Assembly: GCA_963824465.1 (NCBI GenBank) | Contig: CAWGPL010000008.1 | Location: forward strand, 1,820 to 65,819 | Reading direction: 5' to 3' | Origin: an uncultured Alphaproteobacteria bacterium | Lineage (GTDB): Bacteria > Pseudomonadota > Alphaproteobacteria > Rhizobiales > Beijerinckiaceae | DNA length: 64,000 nucleotides | Shown: positions 1 to 11,266 of the stretch, in pieces | Layout: the number at the start of each line of letters is the position of its first letter | Position numbering within the stretch: position 1 is the first letter of the stretch | Made by a program: the position numbers and the translations under genes | Notes under the pieces: generated by a model | What the model saw: the letters and a program-made list of their open reading frames with translations, nothing else | Databases searched by the model: none | Told to the model about the DNA's origin: nothing

Positions 1-1047
1 GCAGGTCGAACATCCGGTGACGGAGATGATCGCGGGCGTCGATCTCGTCGCGTTGCAACTCGACATCGCTTCGGGACAGCCCTTGGCGCTAAAGCAAGAG
101 GACGTAAAGCTTTCCGGCCATGCGATCGAGGTGCGTCTGTGCGCGGAAGACCCGGAACTCGACTTCATGCCCCAGAGCGGCGCACTCTCCCTATGGGCGC
201 CGTCGCGGGCGCTGCGCGTCGAGCACGGACTTCGCTCGGGGAGTCAGAATTCCGCCTTTCTACGATTCGATGATCGCCAAGCTCATCGCACATGGCGCGG
301 ATCGCGATGCTGCTCGGCGGAAAATCCTTCGCGGGCTGGACGAGACGCTGGCCTTCGGCATCCGAACCAATCAGGACTTTCTCGTGGACTGCCTTGAGCA
401 CCCTGTCTTTGCGGCCGGCGGCGCGCACGACCGCGTTCATCGTCGAGAATGAAGCCGCGCTTTTTCCAGACCGCACGGCGGAAGAAAAAGCCGCGGCGGC
501 GCAGGTCGCCGCAATGCTCCACGCGGCCCCCGATATCCGCGTCACGCACGGCTTTCCGACGCCCGTCCGGCTGAGGCGCGGAGAGAAGATCTTCGCGATG
601 CGGGTGTTCGCGGGCGCGTATGGCGCGTGTAGGATTGAAAGCGACGGGGTCATATCAGAAGTGCGCGTTGTCAGCGTCCAGGGCGAAATTTTCGAGTTGC
701 TCGAGGGCGGACGCCGGCGTCGCGCGGTCCTGTCGCGCTTGAGCGGGAAAGTTTGGGCGCGCATCGACGGCCGCAACTGGGATTTCGAAGATATCAGCTT
801 CGAGCCAACGCTCCGCGCAGAGGCGGAAGGCGATGGAAGGGTGCGCGCCACGATGAATGGCCGCGTGGTGTCCGTGGACGTTGCAGTCGGCGAGCGCGTT
901 TCTCGCGGACAGAAGCTTCTGGTGCTGGAGGCGATGAAAATGGAGCACGTCCACGTTGCCTACATCGATGGAACCGTCGAGGCGATCCACGTCGCCGAAG
1001 GCGAACAGGTCGAGGCTCGTCGTGTCGTCGTCGAGGTGAAGGCGTGA
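1..1047 (+). CDS. Biotin-dependent acyl-CoA carboxylase alpha subunit (geranyl-CoA/3-methylcrotonyl-CoA carboxylase, AtuF/LiuD-like), 5'-truncated by window, two apparent frameshifts
   Basis: [22 protein letters not shown] and [16 protein letters not shown] biotin carboxylase motifs and the C-terminal EAMKM biotinyl-lysine motif, spread over ORFs 17-397, 120-452 and 292-1047. Confidence 0.88.
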
Positions 1048-1814
1048 GCGAGGTCCTGACCGAGAAGCGCGGCTCGCAATATCGCATCACGCTCAACCGT
1101 CCCGAGAAGCGCAACGCGATCAACGAAGAACTCATCAGGGGTGTCTCTGATGGCCTAAGGACCGCTGTCGCTGATCGGGACATCCGGGTCGTTGTGCTGA
1201 CCGGGGCGGGAGACAAAGCGTTCTGCGCTGGTGGCGATATTGCGCCCGGCGGCGGCTTCAACTTCGACTTTTCGCATCCGCGCACCGCTTACGGCGACCT
1301 GCTCAGGCTGTCGCAGGAATGCCCGCTTCCGATCATTGCCGCGATCAACGGTCACTGTGTCGCGGGCGGGATGGGATTACTGGCGCTCGCCGACATCGCC
1401 GTCGCGGTTGCGAGCGCCAAATTTGGTCTGCCCGAGGTCAAGATCGGGCTCTTTCCGATGCAGGTCCTGAGTCTGCTCGCCCGCCTGGTTCCGCCTCGCA
1501 TCGTCCGCGAATGGGCCCTGACCGGCGAGATGTTCGGCGCGGACGCCGCGCTCGCTGCCGGTCTCCTCAATTACGTCGTGCGACCCGGGGAGCTTGAAGC
1601 TAAGGTGGATCTGCTTTCGGCCACGCTCTCGGCCCGGTCGCCGACCGCGATTCGTCGCGGCAAATATGCCCTCAGGGCCCTCGACGGCATGAGTTTCGAG
1701 CAGGCGATCGCCTTTGCCGAGGGGCAGCTCGGACTTCTCACGCTCACAGAAGACGCCAAGGAGGGCTTCGCTTCCTTCAATGAGAAACGGGAGCCGCGCT
1801 TCTCCGGGAAGTGA
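1044..1814 (+). CDS. Enoyl-CoA hydratase/isomerase (crotonase family)
   Basis: ITLNRPEKRNAIN, FCAGGD, AAINGHCVAGG, FGLPEVKIG; GTG start overlaps the upstream TGA (GTGA). Confidence 0.92.
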   Translation: MSEVLTEKRGSQYRITLNRPEKRNAINEELIRGVSDGLRTAVADRDIRVVVLTGAGDKAFCAGGDIAPGGGFNFDFSHPRTAYGDLLRLSQECPLPIIAAINGHCVAGGMGLLALADIAVAVASAKFGLPEVKIGLFPMQVLSLLARLVPPRIVREWALTGEMFGADAALAAGLLNYVVRPGELEAKVDLLSATLSARSPTAIRRGKYALRALDGMSFEQAIAFAEGQLGLLTLTEDAKEGFASFNEKREPRFSGK

Positions 1815-1966
1815 GCGCAGGCTTCGCGGGCGGATCTTGTGGACCACGTAAGGTCGGAGCCCGACGTGGGGCGTCGTCGACGACCGTCGCCGAAGCTGCG
1901 CGCAGTCGATCGGCGTACGACCCGGCGGCTTTCCCTCGGGCCTCGTGACCTGTGCCGAGTCCTCGC

Positions 1967-2656
1967 TTACGCGCGATCACGGTCCTTACCGCCTGCAGAG
2001 CGTTGTCGCACCAAGGCCGCCGTTTTCGCGATATGTCTGCGCGCCGCGGCGTCTGCCGCCGCGCCATCTCCAGCGAGGATCGCCTCGGCCATGCGCGCGT
2101 AATCCTCGAAACGCGCGCGGGTGGTCAGCGAATACTCGCGACGGATGAGATGAATATGGATCGAGGGAATGATCCTGCGCAGTTCCTGGTTGGCCGAAAC
2201 TTCGGTGATGGCTCGGTAGAAGCGGTTGCGGGCCGCAACGAAATCATACCCGTCGGGCATGTCACGGAACTTCTGCAGTTCGCGCCACGTCTGCTCGAAG
2301 CGCGCCCGACCTCCGCCGACATTGATGCGCTCAGCTGCCTGGCGCGCCGCAAGCCCGACGCAGATCTCCATGACCAACAGGGCGTCCAGCGCCTCATCGA
2401 CCGACATTCGACGTATGACCGCACCGCGATTGGGAACCACGGTTACGATGCCCTCGGATTCCATCCGCCGGATACTTTCGCGAGCCGTGCTCCGACCGAC
2501 ACCGAATTGCGTCATGATCTCGGGTTCGGCAAGTCGCTGGCCGGGTGCATAGACGCCTTCGTAGAGACCGCGAACGATCGCGCGCACGATCCGCGCTGAC
2601 GCACTCTGCGCGAGCGCGGCAAGCGGCCGCTGGTCGGACCCGGTCTGCAACGTCAT
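1967..2656 (-). CDS. GntR/FadR-family transcriptional regulator (FCD domain)
   Basis: PGQRLAEPEIMTQFGVGRSTARESIRRMESEGIV winged HTH; divergent from the acyl-CoA dehydrogenase. Confidence 0.9.
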   Translation of the reverse strand: MTLQTGSDQRPLAALAQSASARIVRAIVRGLYEGVYAPGQRLAEPEIMTQFGVGRSTARESIRRMESEGIVTVVPNRGAVIRRMSVDEALDALLVMEICVGLAARQAAERINVGGGRARFEQTWRELQKFRDMPDGYDFVAARNRFYRAITEVSANQELRRIIPSIHIHLIRREYSLTTRARFEDYARMAEAILAGDGAAADAAARRHIAKTAALVRQRSAGGKDRDRA

Positions 2657-2912
2657 GACTCCTCATTGATGAGTCGCGCCGCGCGCTCCCGCGAGCGGGC
2701 GGCGCTTATCCCTCTGGCTGGACGAGGCCGCATCGCTTCCAAGGATGCCTGGACGGCCGTCCATGCCGACACCCTCCCGTTTCGGCGCCGTGTCCTGACA
2801 ACGCGCTGAAATCTTATCGACCCAGCCTTCATTGTCAAACATAATCGTCAGACGATCTTGCCGACCGAAATCCGTTGTCTTAAGATGCCAAAAGTCTCGA
2901 AGGGAGGAAGCG

Positions 2913-4187
2913 ATGATTCCGGAAAAGTCGGCGCGGGTTCGCGCGTTGGAAGAAAAACTGCTGGCCTTCATGGAGGACCATATCTACCCCAACGAGGTCC
3001 GCTACTATCGCGAATCCGAGGATCTCGGGCCATGGGCGGTACAGCCGGTGGTCGAGGAACTGAAGCCGAAGGCGCGTGCGGCCGGTCTCTGGAACCTCTT
3101 CCTGCCACATTCCGAGCATGGCGCGGGCCTCAGCAATTTGGAGTATGCTCCGCTATGCGAGATTATGGGCCGTTCGCATCTCGCGCCGGAGGTCTTTAAC
3201 TGTTCCGCGCCAGATACCGGCAACATGGAGGTCCTTGCGCGCTACGGCACGGAAACGCAGCAGAGGACGTGGCTAAAACCGCTGCTTGCCGGCGAAATCC
3301 GCTCGGCCTTCGCGATGACGGAGCCGGATGTCGCATCCTCGGACGCACGCAACATTGAGAGCGCCATCGTGCGCGACGGCGACGAATATGTGATCAAGGG
3401 CCACAAGTGGTACACGACGGGCGCCACCGACCCGCGATGCAAGATCATCATATTCATGGGCAAGACCGATCCGTCGGCGGAAACCTATCGGCAGCAGTCG
3501 ATGATCCTCGTACCGAAGGATACGCCTGGAGTCACCGTCAAGCGTTCGCTGCCCGTCTTTGGCTTCTATGGCGTGCCCGATCGCGCGTCCGAAGTCCTGT
3601 TCGAGAGCGTGCGCGTTCCGGCGGCGAACATCCTGCTCGGCGAGGGCCGCGGTTTCGAGATCGCGCAAGGACGGCTTGGGCCAGGGCGCATTCATCACTG
3701 CATGCGCTTGATCGGCCTTGCCGAGCGCACGCTCGCCAAGATGTGCCGGCGTGCAGAGCAGCGCGTCGCCTTCGGGAAGCCGATTGCGGAACAATCCGTC
3801 ACCCGCGAACGCGTGGCCGAAGCGCGCATCCTGATCGAACAGTCGCGGCTACTTACGCTTCGCGCCGCGCATATGATGGACACAGTCGGGAATAAGGAAG
3901 CCAAGGCTGAGATTGCGATGATCAAGATCGCCGTGCCCAACATGGCCTGCAAGGTGATCGATTGGGCCATCCAGGCATTCGGCGGTGGGGGAACGAGCAA
4001 CGACTTCGGGCTTGCCTCGGCTTATGCCACGGCGCGGCTTCTCCGCCTCGCCGACGGGCCGGATGAGGTGCATCGCGACCAGCTCGCCCGGCTGGAGTTC
4101 AAGAGGCAGCGCGGAGCGAATGCCCGCGGCGGCGTTGACAACTGGCGCCCGGCCCTTTCGAACCAAGCGCTCGGCGCGCTTGCCTGA
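2913..4187 (+). CDS. Acyl-CoA dehydrogenase (ACAD10/11-like)
   Basis: [54 protein letters not shown]; GGGAGG RBS before ATG 2913. Confidence 0.95.
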   Translation: MIPEKSARVRALEEKLLAFMEDHIYPNEVRYYRESEDLGPWAVQPVVEELKPKARAAGLWNLFLPHSEHGAGLSNLEYAPLCEIMGRSHLAPEVFNCSAPDTGNMEVLARYGTETQQRTWLKPLLAGEIRSAFAMTEPDVASSDARNIESAIVRDGDEYVIKGHKWYTTGATDPRCKIIIFMGKTDPSAETYRQQSMILVPKDTPGVTVKRSLPVFGFYGVPDRASEVLFESVRVPAANILLGEGRGFEIAQGRLGPGRIHHCMRLIGLAERTLAKMCRRAEQRVAFGKPIAEQSVTRERVAEARILIEQSRLLTLRAAHMMDTVGNKEAKAEIAMIKIAVPNMACKVIDWAIQAFGGGGTSNDFGLASAYATARLLRLADGPDEVHRDQLARLEFKRQRGANARGGVDNWRPALSNQALGALA

Positions 4188-4416
4188 AACAAAAAGAAAC
4201 GGCGCTAAGGTCGCCCCTCCCTCGGCGCAGGTGATCTCGACTCCGTTCTTCGGCTGGGCGATCCGCGGCCATGAGCAGCGCGAGCGCATCCATCCCGGCG
4301 ATTCGACGCGCAAGTGTACGGCCGCAGGACTTGCGTTAAATGATATAGCTCGTCGCCGGCGCATTGGCGCAAGTGAGCGACGCCAGCGGCTTTAAGCTCG
4401 CCGCGGAGCAGGATCG

Positions 4417-6232
4417 GTGATGAACGGTGGCAATAAAATTGTCCGCATAGGCGGCGGATCCGGATTTTGGGGCGACACCTCGCTCGGACCGGCGCAACTC
4501 TTTGCGACCGAGGGCATTCAATACGTGGTCCTCGACTATCTCGCCGAGGTGACGATGTCGGTTCTTGCCAAGGCGAAAGCGAAGGATCCGGATGCGGGTT
4601 ACGCGATCGATTTCATAACGCAGGTGATGCGTCCCTTTCTTGCCACGATTGTTTCAAAGAAGGTCAGAGTCGTCACCAACGCCGGCGGGCTCAATCTTTT
4701 TGCCTGCCGCCGCGCGCTGGAGAAGTCTCGCCACCGAAGCCAACGTCCCGTTGCGGGTCGGCGTCGTGCTGGGGGACGATATCGCGAATTGTTTCGACTC
4801 GTATCGAAGCAGCATCCACGGAATGGATAGCGCGGAGCAACCGCCAGAGAAGATACTCAGCGCCAACGCCTATCTCGGCGCATTCCCCATCGCGCGGGCT
4901 TTGGACGCCGGGGCGGACGTCGTCGTCACCGGCCGTTGCGTCGATAGCGCGCTTGCGCTCGGACCGCTTATTCACGAGTTCGGTTGGAGCCCCACCGACT
5001 ATGATCGGCTTGCCGCAGGCAGCCTCGCGGGGCATCTGATCGAGTGCGGCGCGCAAGCGACCGGCGGTAATTTCACCGACTGGGAGAGCGTCGCCGCCAA
5101 CTGGGAGAATATAGGCTTTCCTGTTTGCGAGGTCGAAGCGGACGGCGCCTTCGTCCTTACGAAGCCGGGTGGGACTGGAGGTATTGTATCCCCGCTCACT
5201 GCAGCCGAGCAGATGGTCTATGAAATTGGCGATCCGAAGCGATACATCCTGCCCGACGTGATCTGCGATCTCAGCCAAGTCACGACGGAGGCCGTGGGGC
5301 CGGATCGGGTAAGGGTCAGTGGCGCGCGCGGCTCGGCGCCGACGCCGTTCCTTAAGGTCTCCGCGACCTATCTCGACGGATACGCCTGTGTCGGGGCTCT
5401 TGTCGTCGCCGGCCAAGGCGCCGTCGCCAAGGGGCGCCGCCAAGGTGAAGCAATTCTCGCGCGAGCGAGCCGCATGCTCGCCGAACGTCAGTTACCGCCT
5501 TTCGCGGCCACGAACCTTGCGATCGTCGGCGAAGAGGCGCTGTTCGGGGCTGCCGGCTCCGCGCGTACCGCCGAATGCCGCGAGGTCGTCCTGAGGCTCG
5601 CCGTTCAGCATGCTTCCCCCAGAGGCGCTGAGCTGTTCTCGCGCGAATTTATCGGTTCGGCCCTCACAATGGCGCCTGGAATTACGCTTCTTTCTCCTGG
5701 CCGTCCCAAGGCCTCGCCTGTCGTGCGTCTCTTCTCGTTTCTGATCGACAAAAGCGAGGTTCCGGTCACTGTCGGGGTTGAGGGCAAGACGGAGCTGATG
5801 GAATGGGCGCAAGGACCTTCAAGCCGAGGCGATGAATCGCCCCACCGCGCGGGGGACGAGCTTCTGCCGCCGGGTGAGCGCATCCACGTGCCCCTCCGGC
5901 GGCTTGCCGTCGCGCGCGGCGGCGACAAGGGCGACAAGGCCAACATCGGCGTCGTGGCGCGCGAGGAGACCTATCTGCCTTGGATCCGAGCCTTCCTGAC
6001 TCCGGAGCAGGTCGCGCAATATTTTCGACAGGTCAATTGCGGAGCGGTCGAACGTTTCGACTTGCCCGGCATCCATGGGCTGAATTTCCTCCTGCACAAT
6101 GCGCTCGGCGGGGGCGGCGCCGCGTCGGTCCATCTCGATCCGCAGGCCAAGACCTATGCGCAAGCGCTACTTGACGTGCCTGTTCCCGTGAGCCGCGAGA
6201 TCGCGTCTCGCCTTGAGGCGGCTTCTCCCTAG
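4417..6232 (+). CDS. Acyclic terpene utilization AtuA-family (DUF1446) protein; one apparent frameshift near 4724
   Basis: VRIGGGSGFWGD, DYLAEVTMS, TGRCVDSA, GHLIECGAQATGGN and C-terminal RGGDKGDKANIG ... DPQAKTYAQ. Confidence 0.9.
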
Positions 6233-6448
6233 CCCTGTCCACAAGGACGGGGGAAAAGGAATAGACGGCGACGCGCTGGGACAGGCGCCGCTCGCAGTCC
6301 TAGCAAGAAAGAGATTCACGCTAATTTCCGCGTAAATGCGCGGACGTCCGCGAGACGGCGGCCCTTTACCTCTGTGTGCGCCCCGGAGTAGGTTTGCCTC
6401 CAAAGTTCTGTCGGCGACGCGCCGCGTTCAATAACCCGGAGGAAGCCC

Positions 6449-8255
6449 ATGCTCGATGCGACGGCGGAGGGCCGCATCAATCACGTATTAGGCGAACTGG
6501 ACGAGGCGCTTCAGGCCAGCGATCTCGATCGCGCGCTGAAATTGTTTCAGGACGATTGCTATTGGCGCGATCTCGTCGCCTTCACGTGGAACCTCAAGAC
6601 CCTCGAAGGCAAAGACGCCATTCGCGGCATGCTGCAGGCGCAGCTTCCCTCCGTGAAGCCGATTGGATGGGCGGTCGATTCTGGACGCAGGCGCCTCAGA
6701 AGCGGAGGGCGTCACCGAGGGGTGGTTCACCTTCGAGACGGAGGTATTTCGCGGTTACGGACAGGTGCGGCTCAAGGACGGAAAGATCTGGACGCTGCTC
6801 ACTACCGCCGCCGAACTGAAGGGTCACGAGGAGCCAACCGGTTCCCATCGCCCATTTGGCGCGAAGCACGGCGCGGGCAAACATCGCAAGAGCTGGAAGG
6901 AAGAGCGCGAGGAAGAGGCGAAGACGCTCGGCTACACCAAGCAGCCGTACGCGGTGATCATTGGCGGAGGCCAGGGAGGCATCGCGCTCGGCGCACGTCT
7001 CCGGATGCTCGGCGTGCCCACGATCATCGTCGAGAAGAACGCCCGGCCCGGCGACAGCTGGCGCAATCGCTACAAGTCGCTCTGCCTGCACGATCCGGTC
7101 TGGTACGACCACTTGCCCTATTTGCCGTTCCCGCCGAACTGGCCGGTCTTTTCGCCAAAGGACAAGATCGGCGACTGGCTCGAGATGTATGTCAAGGTGA
7201 TGGAGCTCAATTACTGGGCGTCGACCACCTGCAAGTCCGCCAAATACGACGAGAAGAAGAAGGAATGGGCGGTCGTCGTCGAGCGCGACGGCAAGGAGAT
7301 CACGCTCAAGCCCAAGCAGCTCGTGCTCGCAACCGGCATGTCGGCGAAGCCGAATTTGCCGAAGTTCCCCGGCATGGAAAAGTTCAAGGGCGAGCAGCAT
7401 CATTCTTCCAAGCATCCCGGGCCCGACGCCTACGCGGGCAAAAAGGTCGTCATCGTCGGCTCGAACAACTCGGCGCACGACATCTGCCGCCGCCCTCTGG
7501 GAGAACGGCGCCGACGTGACGATGGTGCAGCGTTCGTCGACCCATATCGTGCGCTCGGACACGCTGATGAAAATCGGCCTCGGCGACGCTCTATTCCGAG
7601 GAGGCGGTGGCGAGCGGCATCGACGACCACCGAAGGCCGATCTCATCTTCGCTTCGATCCCCTATAAGATCATGCACGAGTTCCAGATCCCGCTGTACGA
7701 GCAGATGCGCGAGAAGCGACGCGGACTTCTACGAGGGGCTGGACAAGGCCGGCTTCTGGCACGACTGGGGCGCGGACGGACTCGGGTCTGTTCATGAAAT
7801 ATCTGCGCCGCGGCTCGGGCTATTACATCGACGTCGGCGCGAGCCAGCTCATCATCGACGGCAAGATCAAGCTCAAGCGCGGTCAGGTGAAAGAGATCAC
7901 CGAAAAAGGCGTGAAGCTCGAAGACGGCACGGAACTGCCCGCCGACGTGATCGTCTATGCGACCGGCTACAGTTCGATGAACGGCTGGGCGGCGGATCTC
8001 ATCAGCCAGGAGGTCGCCGACAAGGTCGGCAAGGTCTGGGGCCTAGGCTCGAACACGCCGAAGGACCCCGGTCCGTGGGAAGGCGAGCAGCGCAATATGT
8101 GGAAGCCGACGCAGCAGGAAGCGTTATGGTTCCACGGCGGCAACCTGCATCAGTCGCGACACTATTCGCAGTTCCTCGCATTGCAACTGAAGGCGCGGCA
8201 AGAGGGCATTCCCACGCCCGTCTACGGACTGCAGGAGACACATCACCGCGGCTGA
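6449..8255 (+). CDS. Type II flavin-containing monooxygenase with N-terminal SnoaL-like extension; several apparent frameshifts
   Basis: YWRDLVAFTWN extension, GGGQGG FAD motif, WRNRYKSLCLHDP, FKGEQHHSSKH FMO fingerprint, GSNNSAHD, YATGY; GGAGG RBS. Confidence 0.88.
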
Positions 8256-8272
8256 CCCGCCTTGGTCGGCGG

Positions 8273-9031
8273 TTATTGCGCCAGCACCGACAGCATCTGG
8301 TCGAAAGCGCCGGACGGCACCCGGAAGAGGCCGCTGAACGGCTGGCTCATTTCGAGAATGAGGAACAGCGCGCTGCCGACCGCGAACGCGCCGAGCGCCA
8401 GCGCGCCTATGCTCGTCGGCGTGATGCGCGACAGGAAGCCGAAGCCGCAGAAAAGGATCAGTCCCCAGGAAATCACGACCACGACCAACGGCCACGAGAC
8501 CGGGCTCGCAAGCTGAAGCGAGATGAGGATCCGTGTCTGCTCAATGATCGCCGCGTCCGTGGCGGCGGCCGCTGCGAATTGCCTTTGCGCCGGAGTTTTG
8601 GGATCGAGGGACGCCAGATACTCGTCCATCAGCCTGAGATGGGACAACGGCGCTCCAACCGAGAGATCCGCCGTGTTCGGCCCGGCCTCGCCCCAGACCG
8701 CATCGCGCACGCCCTGAAACGTCGCCTTCATGGCCTGACGGGCGACCTTTGTCTCAGGTCCGTATTCGCTCAGCGCCATGTCGAGTTGGACGACGCGCGC
8801 CGAAAGCGTTTCGATTTCCGATTTCTGAGTGGAGTAGAAGCTGTAGGACGAACCGACCAGCGTTCCGAGCACAAGGGCCATCAGAAGCGAGACGAGGCCG
8901 ACGATCGCGCCGATCATGTCGCGCGAATTGGAGGCGTGCTCTTCGGGCAGGATCTTGTGCAGATTGAGCCCGACCACGCCGGCGCAAAAGGCCAGAACCG
9001 CGACGCCTATGCAAAGCCAGAAAGACGCCAT
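8273..9031 (-). CDS. DUF4239-like membrane protein
   Basis: 4-5 hydrophobic segments; ALVLGTLVGSS and FLILEMSQPFSGLFRV motifs. Confidence 0.7.
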   Translation of the reverse strand: MASFWLCIGVAVLAFCAGVVGLNLHKILPEEHASNSRDMIGAIVGLVSLLMALVLGTLVGSSYSFYSTQKSEIETLSARVVQLDMALSEYGPETKVARQAMKATFQGVRDAVWGEAGPNTADLSVGAPLSHLRLMDEYLASLDPKTPAQRQFAAAAATDAAIIEQTRILISLQLASPVSWPLVVVVISWGLILFCGFGFLSRITPTSIGALALGAFAVGSALFLILEMSQPFSGLFRVPSGAFDQMLSVLAQ

Positions 9032-9187
9032 CCCGCTTGATCCCCCTCCGCCCCAATTTACCAGCGAGCGAACTTGCCGGATTGCGACGCACTATCCAAG
9101 GGTCTTTTCTGGCCTTTCAGGGGGTCGGCGGCGGCATGGCGAAGGCCAGCCCCGTTATCGAGGCTGCCCTCGCCCTTTTTTGCAGCC

Positions 9188-10177
9188 TTAGTTGCCCATC
9201 ATCGACTTGGCGTTATCCGGCGTGATCGCGGTCGTCGGCACCGTGACGTTGTCGGAAACGCTGTCGGCGCAGTCGAGCAGGACTTTCTTGGCCATGTCGA
9301 TCGCCTGATCGGCGCCGGTCGGATAGGTGAAGGTCGCCGCCCATTCGCCTTCGGCAACCGCACGGATGCCGCCCGAAGGTCCGGGCAGGCCGTCGGTGCC
9401 GATGATCTTGATGTCGCCGTCCTTCTTGCCCGCACCTTTCGCCGCGAGGCGCGCGCCCGCCGCCATCATGTCGTTGCTGGCGTAGACGGCCTTGATGTCC
9501 GGATGAGCCTGAAGCATCGCCGCGAAAGCGGTTTGCGCTTTGTCGGGCAGCCAGTCGGCGGCCTGCTCGGCGACAACCTTGATCTTCGGGTTGGCCTTCA
9601 CGCCGGCCTTGAATTCGTCGAGGCGCTCCACGGCGGGCGTCGAACTCGGAAGACCTTCAAGCACTGCGACGTCGCCGCCGTCCGGCAGCAGTTTGTCCGC
9701 CATATATTTTCCGGCCTCTTCGGCGATCTTGAAATTATCGCCGCCGATAAACGCAGTGTAGTCCTTGCCCGGCGTGCCGAGCGTCTTGCGATCGAGTTCG
9801 ATCACCGGAATGCCTGCCTTCATGGCGCGGGCGACGACGGGCGTCAGCGGCGCCGCCTCGAAAGGCGAGATGAGGATCAGGTCGACCTTCTGGGTGATGA
9901 AATTGTCCATCTGCGAAGTCTGGGTGTTCACGTTGCCGGCGCCGTCGGCGATCTGCAGCGTAAACTGCGGAACCTTGGCGGCTGCGGCCGTCAGTTGCTC
10001 GTTGACGTGCGCCCGGTAAGGCTCGGCGTTGTTGGCCTGCGAGAAGCCGATGACGTATTTGTCGTCTTTGCCGCAGGCCTTGGCGAGATGCGCCGAAGCG
10101 CCGCCCGCAATCAGCGCGCATGCGGCGACTCCAAGCGTCGCGGCGCGCATATGGGTTCGTCTTGTCCAATTCATCAT
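9188..10177 (-). CDS. Sugar ABC transporter periplasmic binding protein (RbsB/CUT2 type)
   Basis: Signal peptide; IGFSQANNAEPYR, VIELDR, FIGGDNFKIAEEAG, ASNDMMAAGA, IIGTDG. Confidence 0.92.
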   Translation of the reverse strand: MMNWTRRTHMRAATLGVAACALIAGGASAHLAKACGKDDKYVIGFSQANNAEPYRAHVNEQLTAAAAKVPQFTLQIADGAGNVNTQTSQMDNFITQKVDLILISPFEAAPLTPVVARAMKAGIPVIELDRKTLGTPGKDYTAFIGGDNFKIAEEAGKYMADKLLPDGGDVAVLEGLPSSTPAVERLDEFKAGVKANPKIKVVAEQAADWLPDKAQTAFAAMLQAHPDIKAVYASNDMMAAGARLAAKGAGKKDGDIKIIGTDGLPGPSGGIRAVAEGEWAATFTYPTGADQAIDMAKKVLLDCADSVSDNVTVPTTAITPDNAKSMMGN

Positions 10178-10218
10178 GTCACTCCCTTGCGTCGAACGGG
10201 TTCGTTCGCGCCGCACTG

Positions 10219-11266
10219 TTATCGACCCAATCCCTCGCGGCGGCGGACGAGAGACTGAAGGACCGCGGCAAGCACGATGATCGCGCCGGTGGCGAGCAGT
10301 TGCAGCGCCGCGTTGATGTTATTGAGCTGAAGGATGTTGGCGAGCGCGCCGAGCATCACGGCGCCGGCGACGGTTCCGACCATCGAGCCCGACCCACCAA
10401 AAAGGCTCGTCCCGCCGATGACCACAGCTGCGATGGCGGTCAATTCGTAGCCTGTGCCGTCATTGGCGCTGCCGAAGTTGAACTGTCCGGCGTGCACGAT
10501 GCCCGCAATCGCGGAGACCAAGCCGGTGATCGCGTAGACCGACACCTTGACGAGCGAGACCGGCACGCCCGAAAGTCGCGCCGCACGTTCGTTGCCGCCG
10601 ACGGCGTAAACATAGCGCCCGAAGCGGGTGAAGTTGAGCACGAAGGTTGCGATCACCGCCACCACGACGAACACCAGCGTCGCCACCGGCACGGTGTTGT
10701 CGAAAAGCCGATCGCCGAGAATGGCGAAGACGGGCGGCGCGAGGCCTGGGCCTACGCCATATGAAATGTTGATGTACTGGTTGTTGGAAATCACGAGCGC
10801 AAGTCCGCGCGCCACCTGAAGCCCGGCCAGGGTCACGATGAACGGCTCGAGCCGGAAGCGATTGGAGATGAGCCCCTGCGTCGCGCCGAACGCCGAGCCG
10901 CAGAGGAGGACGACAAGGATCGTGGGAATAAGCCCCCAGCCTCCGGTCGTCATGATCGTCGCGGTGAGCACGCTGCATAGGCTCAGGAGCGCGCCAACCG
11001 AAAGGTCGATGCCCGCGGTGATAATGACGAAAGTCATGCCGACCGCGATGATGCCGGTCTCGGACACGGCGCGGACGATATTGGCCATGTTGTCGGGCTG
11101 AAGAAAGAGAACCGCCCCGTGCCGGCGCGGCGAGAAAATAACGCCCCCGATCGCGACCAACACCAGGCCGATCACGCTCTGGAAGCGCACCGCGATGGCG
11201 AAAAAGTCGAGGCGCCGGCGGCCTGAAGCCGATGTGCCGGAAGCGAGAGTTCGCAGGCTGGCTCAC
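10219..11266 (-). CDS. Sugar ABC transporter permease (RbsC type); apparent frameshift near 11250
   Basis: GMTFVIITAGIDLSVG, TRFGRYVYAVGGNERAARLSG, GYELTAIAAVVIGGTSLFGG; GTG start overlaps the ATPase stop. Confidence 0.92.
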
